From a virus: 43,413 nucleotides of DNA. Position 1 is the first letter of the stretch; each line of letters opens with the position of its first letter. The stretch lies in IMG/VR virus record IMGVR_UViG_3300009078_000001, one strand, 5' to 3'. Under the pieces are notes generated by a model. That model did not search any database and had not been told where the DNA came from. It saw only the letters and a list, made by a program, of their open reading frames with translations. The position numbers and the translations under genes were made by a program. Of the stretch, positions 17,946-25,998 are shown piece by piece.

Positions 17946-19859
17946 CTAAATCACAGGGGCGGTGGCGCACACGCAGTTAGGGTGTTTCGGTGGTTCTTCG
18001 TCCCCCACATTGAATATTTGTCCCTTTAATTCCTCACATTGCTCTTTGCACGGATTGGGCCCTGTGATCCACTCCCACTGTTTAATGCCCGCCGCCCTGT
18101 ATCTGTCCGTGGCGGCCTTGTTGGACGCCTTTAAGGTCTCGGTGCGCGCTATCCTCTCGGCCCGCCAGTCCTCGTAACCCTTAAATATCTCTTTAACACG
18201 CTTGGTAAGGTCAGCGATATCCTCGCCGTTCTGTAATCCCTCATTAAGTGTCCTTCTTAGATCAAACATGGTCACATCGTCCAGCCCCATTCCGTCAGGA
18301 CGGTTAATCAGTTCCCCGGCATGATTAAGTATCCAGCTCTCAGCGTCCGGGGTGATGTTGTATAAAGGAAGATTAGGATTGAGCAACCTGTCGGTATCCC
18401 TGGCCGATAGTTCATAAATAGCAATTAAAGCCGGGATTAAAAGTAATGACCAGCCTTTCTTTGACTTTTCCTTATCGAATAACTCGCCCTGTGGTTCTCC
18501 CAGGTTATCAATAACCTCCTCTTCTTGCTCCTGCCAGTGCTTTCTAGCTGCCTCTTCGAGCAGTTTCTTACGCTGGTCTACGCTTTTTAAAGTCGCCTCC
18601 CAGTAGGTTAGTTTCCACCCTTCGGGTAATGATTTGGATTTAGGTTGTTCTTTTGGCGCAATTTCAATTTTTTTATCCGCAGGTGTAGGAATTAAATTCA
18701 ACGGTATTAAAAACACCTCTCCGCTCGGTTTCGGGTCCCAGCCCTGGAGTTGACGGGCTTCGTTAATCGTTATATATCCCGCCCTCATGCCTGATTCAGC
18801 TTGAGAAATCTTCTGTTCGGTAGTTTGCGGGACAACCTCGTCAAAGTCCAGTTCAAGATTCTGCGCGTTGTGGAACATAGGTATTAACTGTTCATTTAAT
18901 TTATTTTTAATACGGTTTAGACGGGGCTTAACCAGCCACCTAGCAAAAGTGTATTCCCCAGCCTCGGCGTTGGCCTTGTTGACGTTTTCCGTAATCCCCA
19001 TCACGGAAAGCGGCATCCCGTAAGCGCCCAAAATATTATCCCGATTTAAAAGCCTCAGAGATTTAAAATCCATGTCTTTGGCGTTGATGGCTATTTGCTG
19101 GTACTTCCCGCCGCCCTCTAAAAGTGCTATCTTATGGGCTCTGCTGACTCCCTCGTGCCTTTCAGCCCACTGTTTCTTTAAGCGGTCAAACTGCTCCTCG
19201 CTCAAAGTGCCGTCAAAGGTTATCAGCCCGTCCGGCCGCGCTGAATTGTAAAAGAAATTCCGATTCCACTTGCCGGAGTACAGTTCCGAGTCCAGGTCAA
19301 CCGCTAAGGCCTGCACCGGGCCCAGCCCTCTGTAGGGATTCGAGGGATTCGGTAATTTGTGGTGGATAACTTCCTCTTTAGTTAAAGGTATCTTCTGGTT
19401 TCCTATTTGGTAAATATATCCCGCCACGAACTCCTTTTGGGAAGGGATGACGCTCATCTTCTCGGGAGGAGCTATCCACATCTCCTGCGGCTCGCCTAAC
19501 CTGTTTTTGTTGATTACCCAAAAGCACTCCCCGGTCAGCCCCATGTATAATTGATGAAGTTCGATAAACTCCTGGCAGGTCTGAAAGGGATTTACAAAAT
19601 CCATTAAATTGATAATGGGATGCTTGTAAACTAGCGTCCTCTCGCCCTTTACATTAACCGAGTACAGCCTCCACTTGCCCTCGGACACGCCCTCGGCGAT
19701 CCTCGAAACGACAGCAAAAAGCCAACCTACCTGAGAATAACATTCCAAGAATCCAGCCAAGTTCCTGCTGGGTGGCTCCGCCTGATTATAGTTCAAAATA
19801 TAAGGCGTGCGGGGCTGTTTAAATTCTTTTGGCTTAAAAAGTCTATCTAAAATACTCAT
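17946..19859 (-). CDS. Portal protein (HK97-type) fused to a Mu F / SPP1 gp7-like minor head domain
   Basis: The N-terminal ~400 aa are portal-like. The C-terminus RAERIARTETLKASNKAATDRY...WEWITGPNPCKEQCEELKGQIF...PPKHPNCVCA matches the Mu F-like signature. Confidence 0.8.
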   Translation of the reverse strand: MSILDRLFKPKEFKQPRTPYILNYNQAEPPSRNLAGFLECYSQVGWLFAVVSRIAEGVSEGKWRLYSVNVKGERTLVYKHPIINLMDFVNPFQTCQEFIELHQLYMGLTGECFWVINKNRLGEPQEMWIAPPEKMSVIPSQKEFVAGYIYQIGNQKIPLTKEEVIHHKLPNPSNPYRGLGPVQALAVDLDSELYSGKWNRNFFYNSARPDGLITFDGTLSEEQFDRLKKQWAERHEGVSRAHKIALLEGGGKYQQIAINAKDMDFKSLRLLNRDNILGAYGMPLSVMGITENVNKANAEAGEYTFARWLVKPRLNRIKNKLNEQLIPMFHNAQNLELDFDEVVPQTTEQKISQAESGMRAGYITINEARQLQGWDPKPSGEVFLIPLNLIPTPADKKIEIAPKEQPKSKSLPEGWKLTYWEATLKSVDQRKKLLEEAARKHWQEQEEEVIDNLGEPQGELFDKEKSKKGWSLLLIPALIAIYELSARDTDRLLNPNLPLYNITPDAESWILNHAGELINRPDGMGLDDVTMFDLRRTLNEGLQNGEDIADLTKRVKEIFKGYEDWRAERIARTETLKASNKAATDRYRAAGIKQWEWITGPNPCKEQCEELKGQIFNVGDEEPPKHPNCVCATAPVI

Positions 19860-19888
19860 TTGACAAACTTACTCCAAAGTGTTACACT
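19860..19888 (+). promoter_or_regulatory. Sigma70-like promoter for the plus-strand HNH cassette
   Basis: TTGACA (19860-65), a 17-nt spacer, then TACACT (19883-88). The ATG at 19895 lies only 6 nt downstream, so the mRNA may be leaderless or have a very short leader. Confidence 0.55.
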
Positions 19889-19894
19889 ATTTAT

Positions 19895-20020
19895 ATGAAG
19901 ATTTATATACATAAATGCCTCCGATGTAATCACAAATGGGCGAGTAAAAACCACCACCCTTTACGTTGCGCTAAGTGCAAAACGCCCTATTGGAACAAGG
20001 AACGCAAATGCCAGAAGTAG
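19895..20020 (+). CDS. Small zinc-ribbon protein (41 aa, not in track)
   Basis: My translation is MKIYIHKCLRCNHKWASKNHHPLRCAKCKTPYWNKERKCQK*. It is a clear paralogue of the 47-aa ORF at 37085..37228. Confidence 0.6.
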   Translation: MKIYIHKCLRCNHKWASKNHHPLRCAKCKTPYWNKERKCQK

Positions 20021-20823
20021 GTGAAATTAAATACGGTCACGAAATCGGTATCAAAAACGGCGATAAGTATATTTACCGTAAATGTATCTTATGCGGTAAA
20101 CCTGCATATAGAACTGTACGCGCCATTAATGCTGGAAAATCTGTTAAATGTAGATCATGCCTTAAACGTGAATGGGGATTACCAATAAAAAAACAAACCC
20201 TTGCCCGATATAAACAAATATTCGGTGATAGTGTAAAATGTGGCGACGAAATAGGAATGAGCCGTAACAATTTTTACTTCAACCATATTTGTATTGATTG
20301 TGGCAAATTACACAAAGTAAGAATATTATTTTGCGAACCCATTAGCCAGAGATGCAAACAATGTGGCATTAAGGCAAGTGTGGCAACCCGTAAAACTGAA
20401 GAGTGGCAAGCTAACCATCTTGGCGCCAATAGTAATGGGTGGAAAGGTGGTAGATGGCGAATCAAAGAAGGTTATATAAGGATCACTCTCTCTAAAGATG
20501 ACCCGCTTTATTCAATGTGTAATAAAGGTGGTAATGTATTTGAACATCAAGTTATAATAGCGCGACATCTTAATCGTTGCCTAACAAAAGATGAGATCGT
20601 TCACCATAAAAACGGAGTTAAAGATGATAACCGCTTAGAAAATCTAGAACTAACTGCAAACGGCAAACATTCTAAAGATCATAGCAAAGGTTATCAAGAT
20701 GGCTACACTAAAGGTTATGAACAAGGATTAAAAGAAGCACTTAAATCCAACGGATGCTTACCTCTCTCGCAGGTAATTCTACAAAGGCAAGCATTAGGGC
20801 ATCAGTCTTATCGGGAGACTTAA
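20008..20823 (+). mobile_element. Free-standing HNH (HNH_3-type) homing endonuclease gene
   Basis: FEHQVIIARHLNRCLTKDEIVHHKNGVKDDNRLENLELTANGKHSKDH, plus two N-terminal CxxC...CxxC modules. It is on the opposite strand to all neighbours. I prefer the ATG at 20008 (MPEVGEIKYG). Confidence 0.8.
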
Positions 20824-21995
20824 GTCCTCTCTTCTTAAGCTCTTCCTTGGATTCTATGAGTAATCTTCCGTGTGAATCGTACTTATACTTTATGGAACTT
20901 GTCTGCGCGATCAACTCCAAATCGTCAGGAATTGAAATCTCGCCTTTTTGGAACCTGTCCGCTAATTGCCAGTACGCCTCAGCCCGGATGTTCGCGTACT
21001 TCAACTTATCAGACGCCGCTTCCCCGACATTCACACCGTTGTCTCTAAACTTTTGTTCTTTGAGCCTATCGACTACCCCGGCGCCTATTCCAATCACATC
21101 TATGTTTACGGCGTCCGGGCTGAAGCGCTGCATTAAATTGATAATCTTACCCGTAGTGGTCATTAAATCCGCCTTGGCCCAGGTTTCCAGCCAGATTGTC
21201 TTCTGGCCCTCCCTTACACAAGCTACGGATGAATCGTCCCCAAATCTCGCAATGTCCACCCCCATGACCTTTGTTTTGTCTTCATCCTTTATTTCCCGTT
21301 CGATGGCATCCTTGATATCTTTGTATTTAAATAGATAATTCCCGGCCTCAAGCGCATCCCAGTCTCCCTCCAAAAGTTGTCGCACCAGCTCTTCCGGGTA
21401 GAGTTTCCTTAAATTACTCTCATAGTCCACCGGCAAGTAAGGGTTATCTTTGGGTAGTGCCTGGATAAAGACATGGTCCTCCAGTTTCTGCTCGATGAAT
21501 CTATGCTTGACCCACCCCGGCGCCGGGTTCGCCGTTAAAAGCCCCTTATAGCGTATCTTGGGGACGCCGAGCCTTAACCTTGAAGCTAAAAGAAAGAAAT
21601 GTGCTTCCGAGGTCTCCTCGGCCTGGTCAATGGCGAACCAGCCCAGATTCATACTTTTAAGCCTATCAATGGCGTTCTGGTCGTCGCCGAGGCCCCCGTA
21701 GTAAATGATGGACCCGTTTATCAACCTGAAATAAGACTCCGTGCCATGATGTTGCTTCACGAGTCCGTCCGGGAGGAACGTCTCAAGGGTCGCTAAAGTC
21801 GTGCGGCGGAAACTTGACAGTTCGTGTCTACACAGATATCCCACATTCCCGGGGCAGTCTAAACTCAGTTGGATAATCTCATTACATAATGCGGCGGATT
21901 TCCCGCCACCTACAGCGCCCTAATCAGCCGCCATAAAGTACATATCTTTCAGGGGCGCTATGAAATAAAATCTGTCTGGGCGTGGGTTTATACAT
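20741..21995 (-). CDS. terL: Terminase large subunit, interrupted at the Walker A by a 7-nt stop-containing gap (21920..21926)
   Basis: 21995..21927 encodes MYKPTPRQILFHSAPERYVLYGG, followed by TGA. From 21919, in another frame, comes GAVGGGKSAALCNEIIQLSLDCPGNV, continuous with track ORF 20741..21844, which carries a nuclease-domain-like C-terminus. Confidence 0.8.
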
Positions 21996-22048
21996 TTCCC
22001 TGAGGTCTATGACTTTAGGCAGCTGGCATCACCTCCTTTTTGCGAGTT

Positions 22049-22309
22049 TCAATATCCACGGAACCTCCTCACCGCCTGCTCCGTCCGTTCCTTTATGTTA
22101 TCCGGCAGCTTTAAAACCTTTCTTTGATGCGTGACATAATCTATGTTGTACTTAAAACTAGGTGGTAAAAGGTCGATGTCCGCCTGGGTGACTGGTTTAG
22201 CTTCTTTCGTTTTTACGGAGGGTGTTACTTTCGTTACGGGCTTTACGCCCTTTTTCTTGGCCCTGAAGCGCCTGACGCGCTCCCTGACGGCTTCCTTGGA
22301 TTCTTTCAT
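22049..22309 (-). CDS. Hypothetical basic protein (possible packaging accessory or small terminase)
   Basis: 86-aa ORF directly upstream of terL. No diagnostic motif. Confidence 0.6.
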   Translation of the reverse strand: MKESKEAVRERVRRFRAKKKGVKPVTKVTPSVKTKEAKPVTQADIDLLPPSFKYNIDYVTHQRKVLKLPDNIKERTEQAVRRFRGY

Positions 22310-22509
22310 ACTAAATCCTTAAACTCCTTTTCGATACATCCGGGTACATGAGCGCCCATCTGCTCCACAGCTTTTAGAACAGAATTACAGAACTTCAAGG
22401 CCTCCAGCTGACTATTTAACTGTATGACCGGAAACATCCAGTATGGCGTCGCTTCGTTGGAGAGGCAGATTAAGATACTGTTGTCTACTATTACTGGCGT
22501 GATTAACAT
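22306..22509 (-). CDS. Hypothetical protein
   Basis: 67-aa ORF, the first gene after the long non-coding region. Confidence 0.55.
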   Translation of the reverse strand: MLITPVIVDNSILICLSNEATPYWMFPVIQLNSQLEALKFCNSVLKAVEQMGAHVPGCIEKEFKDLV

Positions 22510-22960
22510 AGTTTTACCACTTTAGTTAAATTTGCAGGCTTAAAAGTGCACCGTTACCCCACTGGGGTTAAATTTGCCGCCGGGCGGGTGAGAATTTTTA
22601 CCACTGGCCTAAATTTACCCTTCTTATGTCGGGCGGGTTCGGTTAGCTTACGAGTTAGGCTTTAGTCCGTCAGTAACCTTACTACCAGTGGTTTAGAAGG
22701 CCTTTTTGTTGTGTATGGTATTAGAGGCGGTATCCCCCCACACTCTCGCCGATCCTGAGCAAATTATGACCGCCCTCCCCTATCAAGAGGGTACAGAACT
22801 ATACTTCCAAGTACCGCTTTCGATCGTAGCGGCAAGCTATCATAGCTAACATGCGGCAGGTAGCTTCCGCATTATCACGAGTGGACTAGATAATAATAGG
22901 CTAAAAGGTTGCCGCAAAGCACAGCATATGAATAAAATCTGTTTTTTTAAATCAAACCCG
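22510..22960. promoter_or_regulatory. Candidate cos/pac region (451 nt non-coding)
   Basis: There is no credible ORF on either strand. The region lies between an HNH endonuclease gene and the terminase genes, and it contains phased repeats and several G+C-rich helices. Confidence 0.5.
22511..22620. repeat. Three ~26-bp direct repeats with exact 42-bp phasing
   Basis: GTTTTACCACTTTAGTTAAATTTGCA (22511), GTTACCCCACTGGGGTTAAATTTGCC (22553) and TTTTTACCACTGGCCTAAATTTACCC (22595). The CCACT cores sit at 22517, 22559 and 22601. Confidence 0.8.
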
Positions 22961-23341
22961 TCAAGGTGAGAGCGGTTTATCAGCCGTAGACGCTATTAAT
23001 ATGTCCCACTTGCCCACATTACAGTCCGAACAGGCGGTAACAAGGTTATTAATCTCTGTCTTTCCCCCTTTACTTATGGGTTTAACATGATCTACATGCA
23101 GCTTAATATTATCCTCGCTGGGTGTCCTGCCGCAGTACCTACACCGGAAATTATCTCTCATGAATACCTTGAACCTTAGTTGGGATGTCTTTAACCGTTC
23201 TATCTTATGAGGACTATGCGCTCTCTTGGTTCTTATTATTCGCCTGTTACGCCTGTTAATGTAACATTCCCTGGAGCAATAGAGTTGCAAGTCTCCTAGT
23301 GGCTCATACTCTTTAAGACAAACTGGACAGATTTTATTCAT
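22961..23341 (-). CDS. HNH endonuclease (packaging-associated type by position)
   Basis: CRYCGRTPSEDNIKLHVDHVKPISKGGKTEINNLVTACSDCNVGK. Confidence 0.85.
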   Translation of the reverse strand: MNKICPVCLKEYEPLGDLQLYCSRECYINRRNRRIIRTKRAHSPHKIERLKTSQLRFKVFMRDNFRCRYCGRTPSEDNIKLHVDHVKPISKGGKTEINNLVTACSDCNVGKWDILIASTADKPLSP

Positions 23342-23350
23342 ATATAAAGT

Positions 23351-23761
23351 TTAATCAGCGTTACTCTTTACAGGCGCAGGTAATTGCTCTGTTTGGATAC
23401 CTGACGAGGTTACTTCAGGGCGTGGTATACCTGTTATTATCTTAATATTGGAGTCAACTTTATGGTCTATCTTCTCCCTATATTTATCCGGCATCATAGC
23501 TTTCATCTTAAACATAAGTAATAGATCAGCTTTAGGCTCCTGTGCACGCTTCTCTAGGATAAGCTCCCACTTGTCGCAGTACTCCTCGTATGCCCGCTCC
23601 ATAGATTGCTTAAAGGCTTTACTACGCCTCATCTCTGCATATAGAGTCTCTCTGCTTACATGAGCTATCTGTGCTGCTGCTGTTAAGTTGCCCAACTTAC
23701 TATATGTTTCTAATGCTTTATTCTTTTCTTCTTCTGTTATTCTGGTGTTTCGACGTGGCAT
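23351..23761 (-). CDS. HTH protein, terminase small subunit-like
   Basis: KALETYSKLGNLTAAAQIAHVSRETLYAEMRRSKAFKQSMERA resembles the N-terminal HTH of many TerS proteins. Position also fits. Confidence 0.5.
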   Translation of the reverse strand: MPRRNTRITEEEKNKALETYSKLGNLTAAAQIAHVSRETLYAEMRRSKAFKQSMERAYEEYCDKWELILEKRAQEPKADLLLMFKMKAMMPDKYREKIDHKVDSNIKIITGIPRPEVTSSGIQTEQLPAPVKSNAD

Positions 23762-23784
23762 ATAAAGTCAGTCCTGCGTTCATT

Positions 23785-23967
23785 TCAAATAGGATGGTCT
23801 AGCTTCTTTACTGCGTCCTCGAGTAGTTTCCTGTCGGCGTACTTCCTCACGCACGCCCAGGAACAGAACTCCAGCGTCCTGTCCTCCCGGGACGAGTTGA
23901 CCTCAATATAGTTGTAACGGTCAAGGAAAGTTTTACACTGGGCGCAGTTGGGTGTTAGATAGTCCAT
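23785..23967 (-). CDS. Small Cys-containing protein
   Basis: 60-aa ORF with CAQC...CSWAC. Confidence 0.55.
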   Translation of the reverse strand: MDYLTPNCAQCKTFLDRYNYIEVNSSREDRTLEFCSWACVRKYADRKLLEDAVKKLDHPI

Positions 23968-23996
23968 AAATAGAAAATGCGCCTGTACGGCGCACC
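23968..23996 (-). terminator. Hairpin plus T-run (possible terminator, minus strand)
   Basis: Minus strand reads TGCGCC-GTACA-GGCGCA followed by TTTTCTATTT. Confidence 0.5.
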
Positions 23997-24060
23997 TGTA
24001 GTAATTATTACAATCGTATCACTAAAAATATGTATCTGTCAAATCGTTAATGTCAAGGGG

Positions 24061-24579
24061 TCACGTGCTAAAAACACATTCAAGCACAGAACTTATCAGG
24101 TTATAAACTGGGTGTTTATTCTGTCCGTTACGCTTCCACGTTTCGTAATTTACTTCTGGGCGGCGAACTCCAGATATGTAACGCAGCATTTTATTAGCTC
24201 TCCTGATTGCCCTTTCTGGGGTAATATGCCAACGCTTGGATGCTTCATTATAGGCCTTCAAGGTATTATCCCAATCTAACCATGTGCCTGTTTCCCTGGC
24301 TAAGTCGTAGGTTTCATAGAGTTGAATTAATAAGTCCGACTCATCGCCTATCATTTTAAGGCGCACGTCGATTTCGGCGCTGATGTCTATAGCGTTACAA
24401 TAATACGCAACTGAAGGGCGATAAGGTGAGGGATAATCAGTATTTGTATATCCCGTCGATTCCCTCGGCCAATCCCCAGATAACAGTAACGACAAATTAG
24501 GGAGTAGAAAAGTAGTCAACTGGTAACGGTTATAAACTATCTCTGACGGCTTGTAGAAACCTTTCTTCTCTATAATCAT
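24061..24579 (-). CDS. Hypothetical protein (possible late regulator)
   Basis: 172-aa ORF with an AAGGAGG RBS. No firm motif. Confidence 0.7.
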   Translation of the reverse strand: MIIEKKGFYKPSEIVYNRYQLTTFLLPNLSLLLSGDWPRESTGYTNTDYPSPYRPSVAYYCNAIDISAEIDVRLKMIGDESDLLIQLYETYDLARETGTWLDWDNTLKAYNEASKRWHITPERAIRRANKMLRYISGVRRPEVNYETWKRNGQNKHPVYNLISSVLECVFST

Positions 24580-24796
24580 CCGGCCTCCTTATTTTCCTTA
24601 TACTTCCCTGGGGTTGATACCACTTGATACATTTAGTGTTGGCGCAGACTAAACCTTTTACTTTGGAGTTCCAGTCCTGAATGATTAGCTTTTCTCCACA
24701 CCAGGTACACTTCTTGCGATGGTAAACTAATTCAATCTCCCGTCTTTCGGGGTTATCCTGTACCTTTATCCCCTGCTCAGTGTAGATTATTCGCAA
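24530..24796 (-). CDS. Zinc-ribbon protein
   Basis: 88-aa ORF with CTWCGEKL...CANTKC. Confidence 0.6.
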   Translation of the reverse strand: MRIIYTEQGIKVQDNPERREIELVYHRKKCTWCGEKLIIQDWNSKVKGLVCANTKCIKWYQPQGSIRKIRRPDDYREERFLQAVRDSL

Positions 24797-24798
24797 TT

Positions 24799-24987
24799 CT
24801 ATCTCCCTTGTCTTAAATCAGCCAGGGCCCGCGTTAAGTCCATACTGGCACGTCTGGCTGCCGCCGTCTCTTTAGCGCCAATAATAGAAGCATACTTATC
24901 TGCCTTTAACCGTTCTATTGCCTTGTTCGCCTTTAGTATGAACCGCCCTGCTTCAACTATGCACTGCTGTAAAGTCTTTTCGTCCAT
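24799..24987 (-). CDS. Hypothetical protein
   Basis: I prefer the ATG at 24987 (MDEKTLQQC...), which follows AAAGGAGGGT, over the track start at 25062. Confidence 0.6.
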   Translation of the reverse strand: MDEKTLQQCIVEAGRFILKANKAIERLKADKYASIIGAKETAAARRASMDLTRALADLRQGR

Positions 24988-25058
24988 GTTACCCTCCTTT
25001 CGCTTCATTATGTGATATTGGTTTCTGAGACATAATCTTTGAAATCTCCTCATAGTTG

Positions 25059-25436
25059 TCATAGTTCCTTTAACTTGGCTTTGAGATAAATTTCTACCAG
25101 TTTGTCATCCTTTTTTTGGGTTGTATTAGCGCGGACTTGTAATGCTTTGAACCTCTCTTTGCCCAGGCGCTTGACCATATAATGGATATAATCGAGCCTG
25201 TCCTCATGCTCCCAGAGATAGTGGCATGGCAGACTGCAGAGCAGCGTTACATTGTCTACATCAAAGCGGACGCTTTCATGCCGGCGGGAGAAATAATGTG
25301 AGACACCCAGATTGTGCAGATCACCATCCGGGGAATAAACTCTCCCGCATCTTTGACAAGTATATTTAAATAAAATTCTTATGTACTGTGTAAATAATCT
25401 GTCTGCCTTTCTTAATTTAACTTTTCCTATTCCCAT
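25059..25436 (-). CDS. NinG/Rap-like recombination endonuclease (tentative)
   Basis: KADRLFTQYIRILFKYTCQRCG...GVSHYFSRRHESVRFDVDNVTLLCSLPCH resembles the NinG pattern (from memory). Confidence 0.5.
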   Translation of the reverse strand: MGIGKVKLRKADRLFTQYIRILFKYTCQRCGRVYSPDGDLHNLGVSHYFSRRHESVRFDVDNVTLLCSLPCHYLWEHEDRLDYIHYMVKRLGKERFKALQVRANTTQKKDDKLVEIYLKAKLKEL

Positions 25437-25446
25437 TTTTCTCCAA

Positions 25447-25480
25447 TAAAAAAGGCGCCACCCTTTACGGGTAAGCGCCC
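25447..25480 (-). terminator. Intrinsic terminator (minus strand)
   Basis: Minus strand reads GGCGC-TTA-CCC-GTAAA-GGG-TG-GCGCC followed by TTTTTTATT. Confidence 0.65.
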
Positions 25481-25507
25481 TCTGCTGTTCAGTCAGGCTG
25501 GATTAAG

Positions 25508-25648
25508 TTAATCTATCTCTGGCATTGTCTCCTTATAGTATTCACATTGCTTACAGATTTTGGGGTCACATGCCCACATGTCGCAGCCTATGTTCTCCGG
25601 CGCGGTACATTCCCAGTGGAAGACCATGACATGGATACCTGGCTTCAT
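25508..25648 (-). CDS. Small Cys-rich protein (46 aa, not in track)
   Basis: My translation is MKPGIHVMVFHWECTAPENIGCDMWACDPKICKQCEYYKETMPEID*. ATGA overlap with the upstream gene. Confidence 0.5.
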   Translation of the reverse strand: MKPGIHVMVFHWECTAPENIGCDMWACDPKICKQCEYYKETMPEID

Positions 25649-25848
25649 AGCTCTATACTTTCCGTTTCGTTACCATAAATAGTCCCAAATCTGACAATGG
25701 CATCTGATGATCCAGATTCAACATTGCCCGCGCAAAATATACATACAAATGAAGAATGCTTATCATTAACATCCTCCACAAGGATAAAACCACTATATTT
25801 TTTACTAGAACGGCCGCATTTACAAAATAACTCATCCTGTCCATTCAT
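25645..25848 (-). CDS. Small Cys-containing protein
   Basis: 67-aa ORF with CKCG...CIFC. ATGA coupling on both sides. Confidence 0.6.
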   Translation of the reverse strand: MNGQDELFCKCGRSSKKYSGFILVEDVNDKHSSFVCIFCAGNVESGSSDAIVRFGTIYGNETESIEL

Positions 25849-25976
25849 AGCTTTATACTCTCCTTCACTCGTTCAATCCTCACCGGCTGGCCGCCCTCCT
25901 GGTAAATAGTAATCTGGCCATACTGGATTTTCCGCAGCTCGGCGATGAGTTTCTTTTCCTTTTCTGTTAGTTCCAT
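25845..25976 (-). CDS. YezD/DUF2292-like small protein (43 aa, not in track)
   Basis: My translation is MELTEKEKKLIAELRKIQYGQITIYQEGGQPVRIERVKESIKL*. The YGxItI...G.pv.iE pattern fits the family. RBS is GGGAGAAATA. Confidence 0.55.
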   Translation of the reverse strand: MELTEKEKKLIAELRKIQYGQITIYQEGGQPVRIERVKESIKL

Positions 25977-25998
25977 TATTTCTCCCAGTACCAGTCTT

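Noticed and set aside
1970-21796. Plus-strand track ORFs inside the structural region (for example 1970..2242, 3612..3842, 5187..5708, 8179..8409, 10526..10750, 11715..12029, 12187..14046 set, 14380..14748, 15288..16029 set, 16366..16647, 17257..17550, 20754..21338, 21599..21796)
   Set aside because: All are antisense shadows of long minus-strand genes that carry recognisable motifs and coupled starts and stops. They have low-complexity Ser/Pro/Ala-rich sequences and no RBS.
21917-21929. Stop-codon reassignment (TAG or TGA read as sense) as the explanation for the terL interruption
   Set aside because: The two halves are in different frames, so readthrough alone cannot join them. TAG clearly terminates well-supported genes (6865..7680 ends ...TLTIASA-TAG, and 14884..15384 ends ...TAIPV-TAG). 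TGA and TAA terminate most of the others.
22511-22620. CRISPR-like array (also considered for the 12-bp-phased repeats at 39291-39333 and 41403-41448)
   Set aside because: The repeats are too few (3-4) and imperfect. The spacings of 12 or 42 bp do not fit the repeat-spacer architecture. No cas genes are present.
22789-22800. 12-mer GGGTACAGAACT shared between the cos-like region (22789) and the int-adjacent element (37062) as a functional link
   Set aside because: Exact 12-mers are expected to recur by chance dozens of times in 2 x 43 kb, and the flanks show no extended similarity.
23997-24060. Two TTGACA boxes on the minus strand as late promoters
   Set aside because: The candidate -10 elements at proper spacing are weak (TACGAT, ACATAT). 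The boxes also lie upstream of a terminator-like hairpin rather than downstream of it. This is not supportable from sequence alone.
25653-25844. Alternative minus-frame ORF overlapping 25645..25848 (also 4026..4247, 10954..11172, 15865..16080, 16394..16606, 39365..39577, and the minus-strand shadows 20073..20270 and 20274..20465 inside the HNH gene)
   Set aside because: These are out-of-frame overlaps with better-supported ORFs. Their composition is not protein-like and they have no independent RBS.
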